A stretch of 63,640 nucleotides of DNA, the filler included, from Choristocarpus tenellus KU-1152 (lineage: Eukaryota; Protista; Phaeophyceae): NCBI GenBank assembly GCA_964200185.2. It is 11 parts of 11 records of this genome, joined end to end, with 100 filler letters (N's around TTAATTAATTAA, not from the genome) between each part and the next. Parts side by side here need not be neighbours in the genome. Positions count along the whole stretch, not along the records: positions 25,026 to 34,500 come from CAXNAD020003649.1; positions 34,601 to 39,166 come from CAXNAD020013986.1; 9 more parts are not named here. One strand, written 5' to 3'. Shown one piece after another: positions 25,027 to 35,777 of the stretch. Position 1 is the stretch's first letter; every line of letters starts with the position of its first letter. The notes beneath the pieces were generated by a model. That model was given only the letters and a program-made list of their open reading frames with translations. It searched no databases and was not told where the DNA came from. The position numbers were made by a program, and so were the translations under genes.

Positions 25027-26061
25027 AGATTTGTAGTGGAAGTTCCCCCAGGTGGTACTGTTGTTGCAGTAAATGAAGCCAGCGTCCACTACTTGGACAA
25101 TGATCCTTCTATGTACCAACACCTCCCTCTGCACACAGTGGGGGCTGCCATCACAATCGGCACCATCGGGGCAACAAATACATTCCCCACTGCCACCAGA
25201 TTTGTTGTGGTTGTTCCCCGAGGAGCTACCGTCATTGCAGTCCACCAAGGCAACGTACCCTACCTCAACCTCATACCTTCAATGTACAATCATCTTCTTC
25301 TACATGTACTGCAACCTTCAGCAGAGGGCTGGTCACAAGCTGAAGTGATTCCTGCTGAGGCCTCTGAGGGTAGCCAGGGTGCAAGGAGGGGAAAAGGTAA
25401 GGGTAAGGCTGCCGGAGGAAAGGGGAAAGGGAAAGCCCGTCATCATTCCTTGCCTCTTTCGTCTGGAGTGGAGACTGGGACTGGTTCTGCTGCTCAATCT
25501 ACGTCACATGTTGGCCCTGACAGCATGGGGGGAGGTGTTCTTTACGATTTGGTGATACCCATCAAACTCGAGCCGATGGAAATACCTACCACAGATTACC
25601 ATGCCAGACCATCTCTGTTGTGGGGCACTGCAAGTGGAGTGAAGGAGGAAAAGGCTACTCTGGGCACAGTTTTTGAATCCAACGTCCCAGTGAAAGTTGA
25701 GTTGCCTGATCTTGGAGAGCCGACACCAACAATGGCGACCGACTCTACCCACAGCCTCCAGACCCCAGCAGTGCCCCATGAGTCAAGACGCAGCAGTCGG
25801 ATTTCAGGTGCCCACTTGAAGAGGAAAGACCACAGGGGTCGTTCTCAACAAGTGGCATCTCCTTCTCCACAGCATAAGAGACAGAAGGCAAAGGGAAAGA
25901 GAGGTGAGGTCGAGGAGGAGGAGGGTAGGACATGCATACAATACCCTTCAACCAGGAGTAGCGCTCTCTTCTTGTACTTGGTATGGGTTCATGGACACGT
26001 GATTCTTGTCTTTTCTGGCAATCTAATTCCTTCCAGAAAATCTCTTCTTGTCTTTTGTTGA
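25027..26061 (+). CDS. orphan protein ORF/large exon, copy 1 (two tandem RFVV.VP.G.TV.AV repeats, GK-rich and basic regions); 5' truncated
   Basis: 341-codon ORF open to the contig start; a near-identical inverted copy is also open; probable donor G|gtagga at 25924. Confidence 0.55.
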   Translation, partial: RFVVEVPPGGTVVAVNEASVHYLDNDPSMYQHLPLHTVGAAITIGTIGATNTFPTATRFVVVVPRGATVIAVHQGNVPYLNLIPSMYNHLLLHVLQPSAEGWSQAEVIPAEASEGSQGARRGKGKGKAAGGKGKGKARHHSLPLSSGVETGTGSAAQSTSHVGPDSMGGGVLYDLVIPIKLEPMEIPTTDYHARPSLLWGTASGVKEEKATLGTVFESNVPVKVELPDLGEPTPTMATDSTHSLQTPAVPHESRRSSRISGAHLKRKDHRGRSQQVASPSPQHKRQKAKGKRGEVEEEEGRTCIQYPSTRSSALFLYLVWVHGHVILVFSGNLIPSRKSLLVFC

Positions 26062-26347
26062 TGAGTGATAAACAATAACTCCACTGCAACACTAATGTCA
26101 TCTTCTCTGCCTCTGCAGCACTACCTGTATCAAGCTGAGAGACAAAAGCGGCTAAACACATACCTGTGTGCTTCATTTCACAACGTTTTTCAGGCAGCAC
26201 TCAAGAGGGAGATCTGGTCTGCATTTGAGACCGAGACTAACCCTAACCCCAGACAGGTAAGGCGATCTTCTCATTCAGGACTAGAGTGCTACTTCTCACC
26301 AGATGAATAAGAAGACTTAAAAAGACAAGAATCACATGTCCACAAGC

Positions 26348-27328
26348 CTATACCAAGTACAACAAGAAAGTGTCACTCATAAGTGAAGGGTATTGTATGC
26401 ATGTCCTACCCTCCTCCTCGACCTCATCTCTCTTCCCCTTTGCCTTCTGTCTCTTATGCTGTGGAGAAGGAGATGCCACTTGTTGAGAACGACCCCTGTG
26501 GTCTTTCCTCTTCAAGTAGGCACCTGAAATCCGACTGCTGCGTCTTGGCTCATGGGGCACTGCTGGGGTCTGGAGGCTGTGGGTAGAGTCGCTTGCCATT
26601 GTTGGTGTTGACTCTCCAAGATCAGGCAACTCAACTTTCACTGGGACGTTGGATTCAAAACCTGTGCCCACAGTAGCCTTTTCCTCCTTCACTCCACTTG
26701 CAGTGCCCCACAACAGAGATGGTCTGGCATGGTAATCTGTGGTGGGTATTTCAATAGGCTCGAGTTTGATGGGTATCACCAAATCGTTAAGAACACCTCT
26801 CCTCATGCCGTCAGGGCCAACATGTGACGTAGATTGAGCCACAGAACTTGTCCCAGTCTCCACTCCAGACAAAGGATGCAAGGAATCATAACAGGCTTTC
26901 CCTTTCCCCTTTCCTCCTGCAGCCTTGCCCTTACCACTTCCACTCCTTGCACCCTGGCTACCCTCAGAGGGCTCAGCACGAGTCACTTCAGCTTGTGAAC
27001 GTCCCTCTGCTGAAGGTTGCAGTACATGCAGAAGAAGACTGTACATTGAAGGTATGAGGTTGAGGTAGGGTACGTTGCCTTGGTGGACTGCAACGACGGT
27101 AGCTCCTGGGGGAACAACCACAACAAATCTGGTGGAAATGGGGAATGTATTTGTTGCCCCAATGGTGTTGATTGTGATGGTAGCTCCCACTGTGTGCAGA
27201 GGGAGGTGTTGGTACATAGAAGGATCATTGTCCAAGTAGTGGACGCTGGCTTCATTTACTGCAACAACAGTACCACCTGGGGGAACTTCCACTACAAATC
27301 TGGTGGAGACAGGATTTTTTTGGGTCAT
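26348..27328 (-). CDS. orphan protein ORF/large exon, copy 2 (inverted paralogue of copy 1)
   Basis: 326-codon ORF collinear with copy 1, with only codon-sized indels; possible frameshift just upstream at the A7 run (27315-27321). Confidence 0.55.
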   Translation of the reverse strand: MTQKNPVSTRFVVEVPPGGTVVAVNEASVHYLDNDPSMYQHLPLHTVGATITINTIGATNTFPISTRFVVVVPPGATVVAVHQGNVPYLNLIPSMYSLLLHVLQPSAEGRSQAEVTRAEPSEGSQGARSGSGKGKAAGGKGKGKACYDSLHPLSGVETGTSSVAQSTSHVGPDGMRRGVLNDLVIPIKLEPIEIPTTDYHARPSLLWGTASGVKEEKATVGTGFESNVPVKVELPDLGESTPTMASDSTHSLQTPAVPHEPRRSSRISGAYLKRKDHRGRSQQVASPSPQHKRQKAKGKRDEVEEEGRTCIQYPSLMSDTFLLYLV

Positions 27329-30049
27329 CGATATTGAGTGTGATGGCTGCCCTTCCTGCTGTTTTTGTTGGTATATTCAAGGGGCGTGATGAGGAGCAAG
27401 GGGGTCCACCAAATGTCTAGTTGATGTGCAGGGAGTAGATTTGATATTTGTTCGACTTGATCTTGAAAAGGGAGTTAACTTGGCAAGCAAATAGACCAGG
27501 CACCGGTGGCACAATTCTGTACAAGTGGGAAAGTAGCGGCTACTCAGCTGTACAATATCAAAGTTATAAGTGCGAGAATGTAGAGAGATGAGGGAATGAG
27601 ATAGATACAATTAAGATCATTCCCGTTAACATTACTCACCACAATGTGATACCGCCATTTTGATAATCGTGAAGCTCTCAACCTGGAGTAAAAATGTGCT
27701 GGTGTTGTACCATCTTGCTGTGGAGGCCATTGTTATTTGAAGTTGCAAACTCGAGTAGATTTTCAGGCATAAAATGACGAAGAAGCTGTGTCTTAAGATA
27801 AGGGGGCGGGCAGTATAAAATAGGGTTGGAGAAGGGAAGCAGATGAAATGAAGTCCAGCGGACGGGGGAGGCAGGAAACCCGATGTCGCACGTTTTAGGG
27901 GGTCTGGAATTTCGCACTTGGGGGTGTACCTCAAGTCCCTAACACGGCATGCACAGAAGGAGGAGGAGTTAGTTAGCATTGATGATATCACAAAGCATTC
28001 TCAAGCAATCAATAGGGGTGATGACAAATCGCATCATGGATCGGGTGGAAGATACATCAGGGGTTAATACCAAATAAAAATGGTCATTTTGCGCGGATCG
28101 TCATGACTTTGTCTTAACCGTATCGATTCATTCGATGATCGTGGTGTGTATCTGGATGCTGAACACAGTATAAGGAACGAACCTCCTACATACGTCTAAA
28201 TAAGATATCTTTGTCGTTAAGGCCTGCTCTTGAGTCACGTTCAAAAGATCGTCGCGAAGCTACAACCTCAACCTTTCCCCATCCGCGAATGGAGACTGAT
28301 CCAGAAGTAAAATCTCAGCAGAGGATACGCACTCAAGATGCCCAAAAAATGGGATAGCAAATTTTACGATATTGATCATGGACACTTTCGAGTGATGCTT
28401 GCCGCGAACGAAAGGTGTACGTAAGAGCTCATCCTCTCAACTTGAGCACAGCAGGCACCCCAACTATCACCCCAATCTCTGCTGCACATATACACCCTCG
28501 GGATCCTCTGTCAATGTTTGGGGTGGTGAGAAAGGATCCTTAGGATCCTAAGTTTTTTTTGGGGGTTGTGAGAAAGGAACGTCGGCAATCAAGTCCCACC
28601 TTGCGGTCAATGTCAAGATTTGGCGGCTAACTGGAGAATCAGGACTGAAGGCGGTAATATCTAGCTTGAGGTCGATCAGGATGTCTTGTGTTTTAGGTGT
28701 GTGTCTTGTGGATGTGTTGATTGGTTTCAAAGGAGTTGGAAAAGTTCGCGAGCGAACACTTGCGCGCACTCATGATCTGTATCAAGGTAAACAATGAAAT
28801 GACATCGGGGGTATTACGACTCACCAGTAATGCTGGTAGGAGTTAAAATCAGTGTTCAATTTTCTCAGCATATGAGTTCCCTCTAGCTTCACCTACCAAA
28901 AACATCACATTTTGCTCACCTCACGTACAACTATTGCAGGTGGAAAGCTTTGTGCCCTCTCCAATTTGCTGTCAGGACATGGACTTAAGACGCAATACGG
29001 AGAGATGCTACAGCTGACTGATACCTTGGAGAGGGACAGAGTATAACATGACACCAATGCACCCATAGAAGTTGGGATCTGACTCGCATATACACGGCCG
29101 GGGTCCCATACGTGCTTGATGCGCTAGTGCCATATGCATCATGATGTGAACCTCAAGAGGCTTTAAACTCTCCCTATCTCATCCACACAAGGAATGTCCC
29201 GCGCAAACCTCGAGTACCATGCTGGCATTTCGCTTTTTCCCAGCTATACAAGGAGGGTACGAGGGAATCGTTCTTGAGACAAGTTTGCCAGGGATGAAAC
29301 AAATGGCAACTATTTGTGAAGGAGTGGAGTAGTCCCAAAGTGGATCAGGTGGCAGGTGCAAGAGATACTTATCAACATATGAAGGACCTCCATTCATTCA
29401 CCTAGAAATGTACTGATGATTCAATCTTTCAGTGGTTCGAGATTACCTTACTTCAAAATCTATTGTGACGATGATATTGAAGTGGAACTTTCAGGGAAGT
29501 AGTGAGAATCCTACTGCTATATTCTCTTCTTGGGTATGTGGATGGAATCGTCAATCAAAGATCATATTTGAAAAGTAAATTATTCGATAGGGTAGGTTGT
29601 ACGTAGAGAGAGAGTCCGGTATGTGCTACGAAATAGTATTGTTAGTTCGCTTGGGCTCTAGTTTCCTACTCCTTAAACTGTAGGATCTAGTGACCTGTGA
29701 CGCTCAAAATATTCATTCCCTCTTCTTTACTCCGGCATCTGGGACCAATTACTAATGTGGGAGATTGGAGCAGGTCTTCTAAGCCAAGAGTAGCTTGTTG
29801 CCGAAACAACATATGCAGGCGAGGTATGGGCTCGGGGAGGAGAAGCTGGTGTACAGGGATGACTTCAAATATGTGATTTCTAAAGCTTCAGACTGGAGGA
29901 GACAGGAGCAATGTGGAAGAGAGGTAAGGTCAAGGAGGAGGACAGTATTATGTACCAGTATCATTCAATTGTGAGTGGTGCTTTCTCAGGTGTAGATTTT
30001 TTCAAGATGTGGGTTTTGTTGCAAAAGATGCCTTTATCCTCCTGGTGAT

Positions 30050-31600
30050 CTCTTTGCCTCCTGAGGATTGCCTAACTCAATTCATGTTTGTTCAGTACAT
30101 CATGGGTATTTCTGGGGGAGTCTCAGAATTTCAGGGCATTCCCTGTGTTGCAGCATGAGTTGAGCAGTCTTTTTGGTTTCAATGCAGGGTATGATCTTGG
30201 CCACCATGTAGTCTCCCGACTGCACCAGGCCAACCTTGTGTGAACTTTGAAAGTAGTTGACAACACAAGCTATCACCTATCCGTCTGAGCATGGACCAAA
30301 TGCGAGGTGATAATCCTTTGGGGGATAAGCGCTATGTTTTATCTTTTTCAAGGCTGCTGTCATTGAAGAGCATGAAGGTTTCAAGTTGTACTTCAATTTG
30401 TCCCGGTTGTGTGTGATGTACAATGAGAGAGCAATTGAACATGTGCTGGGTAAGGGTGAGGGTTGTCCTATGGACTTGGACCTTTCTTAGCTCTCATTGT
30501 AGCCATCCTACTGTGTTGCTCCACTCTGTAACGTTGGCCATATGCATATGCAATACTTTGAATCCACTGCAGGTTCAGGGTTGGACTTCAGAACAAATCA
30601 GCATTAGATGTGCCATGGGAGGGAACGGTCACTTCCGCCTTGATCTAAGCAATCTCCCTGGCAGTGTAAAGCTCTGAATCAGATCAAACCTGCATAGGGA
30701 TGAAGGAAAAGTACTTTGAGGACGATGTACAGTGCAGGGGATATGTTTTGACTTCTTCTGTGACTGCAACTCTGCTGCTTCAAAATCAGTAACAGTGACT
30801 TTGGCCCTGAACCAATCATGCATCCTTTCTCCCTGTCTGCCTACCTTGATTATGACCTCATAAAGACTCACAACCTCCCTACATGACTGCCACTCACACC
30901 ATCTCGCCCACCAAAACCAGCCGCCAATGCACCCCATCTTCATCACCTTTCCAGTCTATTCCAGGCACTGAGGTAGAATACTTCACTTTGTACGAAGGAG
31001 TTAGAAACAGGCGATGAGAGGTAGGATGGACAGTTCTAGGTTCAGAGACGTGGCAAACAGACATGTCCATGTTACTTAAGACGGGTATAGCTTTGTCATT
31101 CTCGGAGTTCAGAAGATGCATGTGGGGTGTGTTCCCCTAATACTATTGGCAACGGACGAACATTAGACTTTCCTCTGCTAGTAGGCCCTAACCCTAACCC
31201 TAGCAGTCACCTCAAGTGCAGCATCAAACTCCTTCATATAGTAGGACACTGTTATCTGGTTGTGCCCATCCTTCAGCAGTGTGGATGAACTTCCTTGTCT
31301 GAGTACCCTCTTCTGGGCGCTTCTATAATTTTTTATTATTTTGGGCAGATCTGTCAACCATGGACATACCATGTGCCAGGGTGGAGGATTGTCTCAAATT
31401 TGGGAAGTAGATGTTGAAGAGTTGGGTTGGTTAAGGCAGTTGAAGAATCTGCAGAACCACCACCAATTCAGGGAAGATGGGGACGTAGCTAGTGCTATGT
31501 AGTACCGTTTGCCCAGCCAGTGTGGACACCAACTTGCAGTGCAACAGCTGAGGGTTGTCCCAATTTGAAGGGTAACTTTGTGTGCATAGGGTGGGGAGAG
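30050..31600 (-). mobile_element. highly degenerate Ty3/gypsy pol remnant (RT-RNaseH-integrase order)
   Basis: Broken motifs: LLKDGHNQITVSYYMKEF (RNaseH-like, about 31225-31290), VEQ.VGWLQ*EL (integrase core, about 30490-30525), HKVGLVQSGDYMV (integrase C-terminal GPY-like, about 30200-30240). Confidence 0.35.
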
Positions 31601-32356
31601 GGGAACACCAACCCTACAACCTCGTTCTACTCTGGCCCATTGTTGCTTGTGTTCTTCTACCTTGTTTGGCATGCACTTGTTGAAGTATTACCTGCCTCAT
31701 GTAGGAGTAGGAGTGATGAAAACAGGGATGTTACGGTGTAGAGGAGTAATTAGTTTACGTCTAGGTGGGATATACGAACACCTTGTGAAAGCAGGAATAT
31801 TTGGCTTACCAACCAGTAACTATGTGCTCTTGACTCCACACGTTCACCTTGCTAGTATCTTCCGATGGAGTTGGACGAGTCTAGTCCAATAGTGTACTGT
31901 CTAGTTCAAGCAAGTTTGATTTGATGGAGAGTTGGTCAACTTCATAGTTCCACCTCACTGGATTGGGCAGTACTGCCTCCTGCCCCTACTTGATTTGTAC
32001 TTGACAAGAACATTCTGTAGTGTCCATGGAGGAGGTGGTGGAGGAAATGCCAACCTTCCAGCATGTGCACAGTAAGGGTTAGGTCAAGGACGATTTTCAA
32101 TATCAGGTAGATGAGTAGTATGATTTACAGGTGGTGCAAGACGCGAACGCTTTGTCGCCTTGTGTACCACTGCATCAAACCCGGTCGATCTTACCACTTT
32201 GCTTAATGCTTGCTCTTGTGTTTTCAATAGTATAGACTGGTAGAGTGATGGTTCTTCGAATTGGTTATGTTAGTATATTAGTGGTAATCTTGCAAGTATG
32301 TTTAATCTCTTCATGCAGCCACTTTTCAAGAGTGATTGTGGGGACATAGGCCCTTC

Positions 32357-32728
32357 TGTTAAGATGTCCTTGACGATCTGTTGTCCCATACTAGTTATAT
32401 TATTATGTATTAGGTTGTATCAGCGTTGAGAAGAGAGGGAGACAACATCAACAGATGGGTTTCACCAAATATTACAGCGAAAAACTTAGCGAAACCAAGA
32501 AACCCGACACTCAGCGAAACCATGAGACCTGACACCCAGCGAAACCAAGAGACCTGACACTCAGCGAAACCAAGACGCCTGACAGTTCTCTAGAACATTT
32601 GAGAAACACTCCTCTAACATTCCGTGGGAACTTGTCTGATCAGATACCCCATCGAAATATCCCGAATGTCCCGCAACATCGTTTGGGCGCATATTCAGTA
32701 TGAGTTCGAATCTTATGATATTCTCACA
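32357..32728 (-). repeat. LTR of the same family as 6899-7194, with an internal 25-bp tandem expansion
   Basis: tgttaagatgtccttgacgatctgttgtccca...ttctcaca; about 4 copies of cagcgaaaccaagagacctgacact at 32487-32585. Confidence 0.65.
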
Positions 32729-34159
32729 AATGTACAAGCATAATCTTGGCACCTTCTATTTCCTCATATTTGTCGATCCCATTCTGATACTGTGCACTAT
32801 TTCTACAACCTATGTTGTAGACTTGACTTTGTTGCCAGTAATTGACATCAAGCAAAAGCAGAGCCCATCTTCAGCACATATTTGTTCGCTGTCAATCAAC
32901 TGTGCACGCCAAGCATTTAGTTTGAACCTGACTCTTGAGTGCCCAGGACATTTCTTACAAATAGTTTTATGTGCAAAAAATCAAACATAGATGTTTTACC
33001 AGCCACCAGCCTTAATGATAGTGATTTCATGACACGAGCAGATTGTGTGCACAGTAAATAACTTGTTTAGATTTGCCGGTAACTTTCGAGAGAATGTGAA
33101 GTGTCTCTAGTGCAATATACCTTAGATACCCCTGAACATTTTTTATAGATCGCCATGAGACAATCTTGCTTGCCTTCTTATGGTGCTTCATCTGCAGCTT
33201 CTTCTCTTGATCGGAACAACTTTGCACATACATGAAGGTGTTCATTGTTGCCAATACATCGACTCATATATATGCAATATCTTCACCAACATATACACCA
33301 AGATTTAAGTTGCTTGTAATACAGTTATTAGTACTTGTACTTGGAGTAAATTGGAAAGAAAAGATATCTGAAGCTGTACGTAGTATTATGAACTATATTG
33401 ATAGAATGGAGAGACAATGTGAACAGTATACAATCCTCTTGCCCCAGGGTTCCATTTTCATGTTGGTTGTAGCTACATAGGTAGTTAGAGCTCTAGAAGG
33501 CAATAGCAGTGGATCGTTCCAACCTAGTTGTCCTCTCTTTGCCTTAGATGCCTTCGAGGTATTTATTTGGGCTACACGCCCACATGTTTGCATATCTCAT
33601 CCCTTGCCATGTGTTGGTTACATATTTACTACCCCCATGCCATAAGTCTGTTCCGTGATGTCCATAACTTTAATATGTTGATGAAATTCATTTCTGGAAT
33701 CCTTGACGAATTTCAGGTTGGGGTCAGCTCTTTTTATTATGATTGCTCCCCTTCCATCGCAATTTTATCAGTAACAGAAAGAGCCTCCAATTCTACCTTC
33801 AGCGTCTTTTGAAACCCACCAGACAAGAGTGAAAATATCTTAGAGGGCAGTACCATAGTTGTTTGCAATGTGCTCTTCTATGTTGCTCATATTGTACACA
33901 CATTTTCTTGCCACATCTCGAGATATTCCACACAGTAATACCTGTCTGTGTGAGGTGCCTATAGCTGCTATTTATTATTGGACTCAAAACAAGGACCTGC
34001 AGTGAGAAGGAAGATTAGGAGCAAAGAATAAGATCTCTAAGAAATCTTGAGGTAGTTTTTGATTCTCTCAAATTATGAATGTGCTGAAGACACCCTAAGA
34101 AAAAAATACAATGGTCATTTTTGGTATTGATTCTCCAATAACAGGCAACTGATTTGAAT

Positions 34160-34500
34160 GGTATTGTATGCATGTGACCTCACCTCTCTTCTCCTTCAGT
34201 CTGTTTTGTTCTGGAAAAGCGGATGCCACTTGTTTAGAACAATCCCTAAAGTCAATCCTCTTGAAGTGGTAACTACATTTACTCAAGGTTGAGAGTAATG
34301 TTAATGGGGATGATCTTAATTGTATCTATCTCACCCTCATCTCTCTACATTCCTGTACTTACACCTTCGATATGGTACAGCTGAGTAGCCGCTACTTTCC
34401 CACTTGTACAGAATTGTGCCACCGGTGCCTGGTCTATTTGCTTGCCAAGTTAACTCCCTTTTCAAGATCAAGTCGAACAAATATCAAATCTACTCCCTGC
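34160..34500. pseudogene. further fragments of the orphan gene: diverged minus-strand 3' piece (34160-34272) abutting a plus-strand 5' piece (34286-34500)
   Basis: HFKRIDFRDCSKQVASAFP...KRGEVTCIQY matches HLKRKDHRGRSQQVASPSP...KRGEV...TCIQY; 34375-34500 is the exact reverse complement of 27428-27553. Confidence 0.75.
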
Positions 34501-34600
34501 NNNNNNNNNNNNNNNNNNNNNNNNNNNNNNNNNNNNNNNNNNNNTTAATTAATTAANNNNNNNNNNNNNNNNNNNNNNNNNNNNNNNNNNNNNNNNNNNN
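34501..34600. other. artificial contig-joining linker
   Basis: N44-TTAATTAATTAA-N44. Confidence 0.97.
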
Positions 34601-35777
34601 CATAGTCCCGCTCCATCCTCAATTTTGCGAATCCACTGTTATACACAATCATATCAGACTCCAGGCAGCAGCAACAAATAGAAACAAGTACTGGAAATCT
34701 GATTTTCATCCACCATTTATTGTCACAAACCTATCACGTAGGACATTTTGTAGTAAGGGGAGGCGTAGAGGTCAAAATATTAGTAGGAGCACCCCAATTA
34801 ATGATAGTATGTAGTTTGAGAATGTAAGTAAACATACAAAACGAATGCACATACGTAAGGTTGTTGGCAGTCAACTGTTACGTGTCATACGAGGATTATG
34901 TTGCAAATTTCTCCAGGTGTTTCAGTCCCTATTGTGAATACACCAATGCAATATACATAGATGATCTCAATGTTTTCAGAGACCTTTCAAGGTTGCACTT
35001 TCCCCCTTCTGTCAGTACCTGACCGTGATGGTTTGTCTATCCATTTATGTGTACTGTACTCGTGAGAAATGTTGACTCAGTCACAATGACTGTCATTGCA
35101 GTTGCCACACACACCACCCGTGAACCAACCTGGAAGGTGTATCAAGCTACCTCCGACCCCCTTTCCATTGGCAGAAGTGGGGTGCTAATTACACCCCTTT
35201 CACACAAGGTAGTATCTGGTCTCAGATGCGGTGTTTTATCTCTAGTCCACTCCTATTCTTCAACATAGCAATAGAACATCACATAGACATTCTTGAGAAG
35301 AAAAAATTGCCCTCTGATGAGATAAAAAACAGGAGCTCCTCACGCGCTTTATGTGCAACTTACACATTTCAATTACGACAATGATTCTGGGTGCATCAAA
35401 CATTGATTGTACGAAATCCTCAAAAAATTCCTGAATATTTTTTTTTGACAGAGAGTAAAGTCTTTCCCTCCTATACAAAAAAGCACATTTGCTTGACCAG
35501 AGAGAAAAAATGAATCATATGCAATTGACATTATCTCTACAGTAGTAGGGGGTACATAGGGGGTACAACCGACCAAAGACAAAACAAGGTACAAGAAAAA
35601 TTGTCAGCATCAGGAAAAACAGCCTTACTGACACTTTACCAGCAGTCAGTGATTGGAGAGCACAATTACATTCCTCCCAACCTCAGCCAAAAATAAAATA
35701 AAATAACTAGTACAATGATACAATTGTGTCACTCAAGTCAGCACTTCCTTCATCCACCTCCAGTCAGCAACGCCTCA

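Noticed and set aside
32487-32585. 25-bp direct repeats as a CRISPR-like array
   Set aside because: Head-to-tail with no unique spacers, inside an LTR, no cas genes, eukaryotic context
33600-33810. IPEMNFINILKLW as a Crypton-associated C-terminal motif
   Set aside because: One short motif amid stops; no tyrosine-recombinase R-H-R-Y residues found nearby
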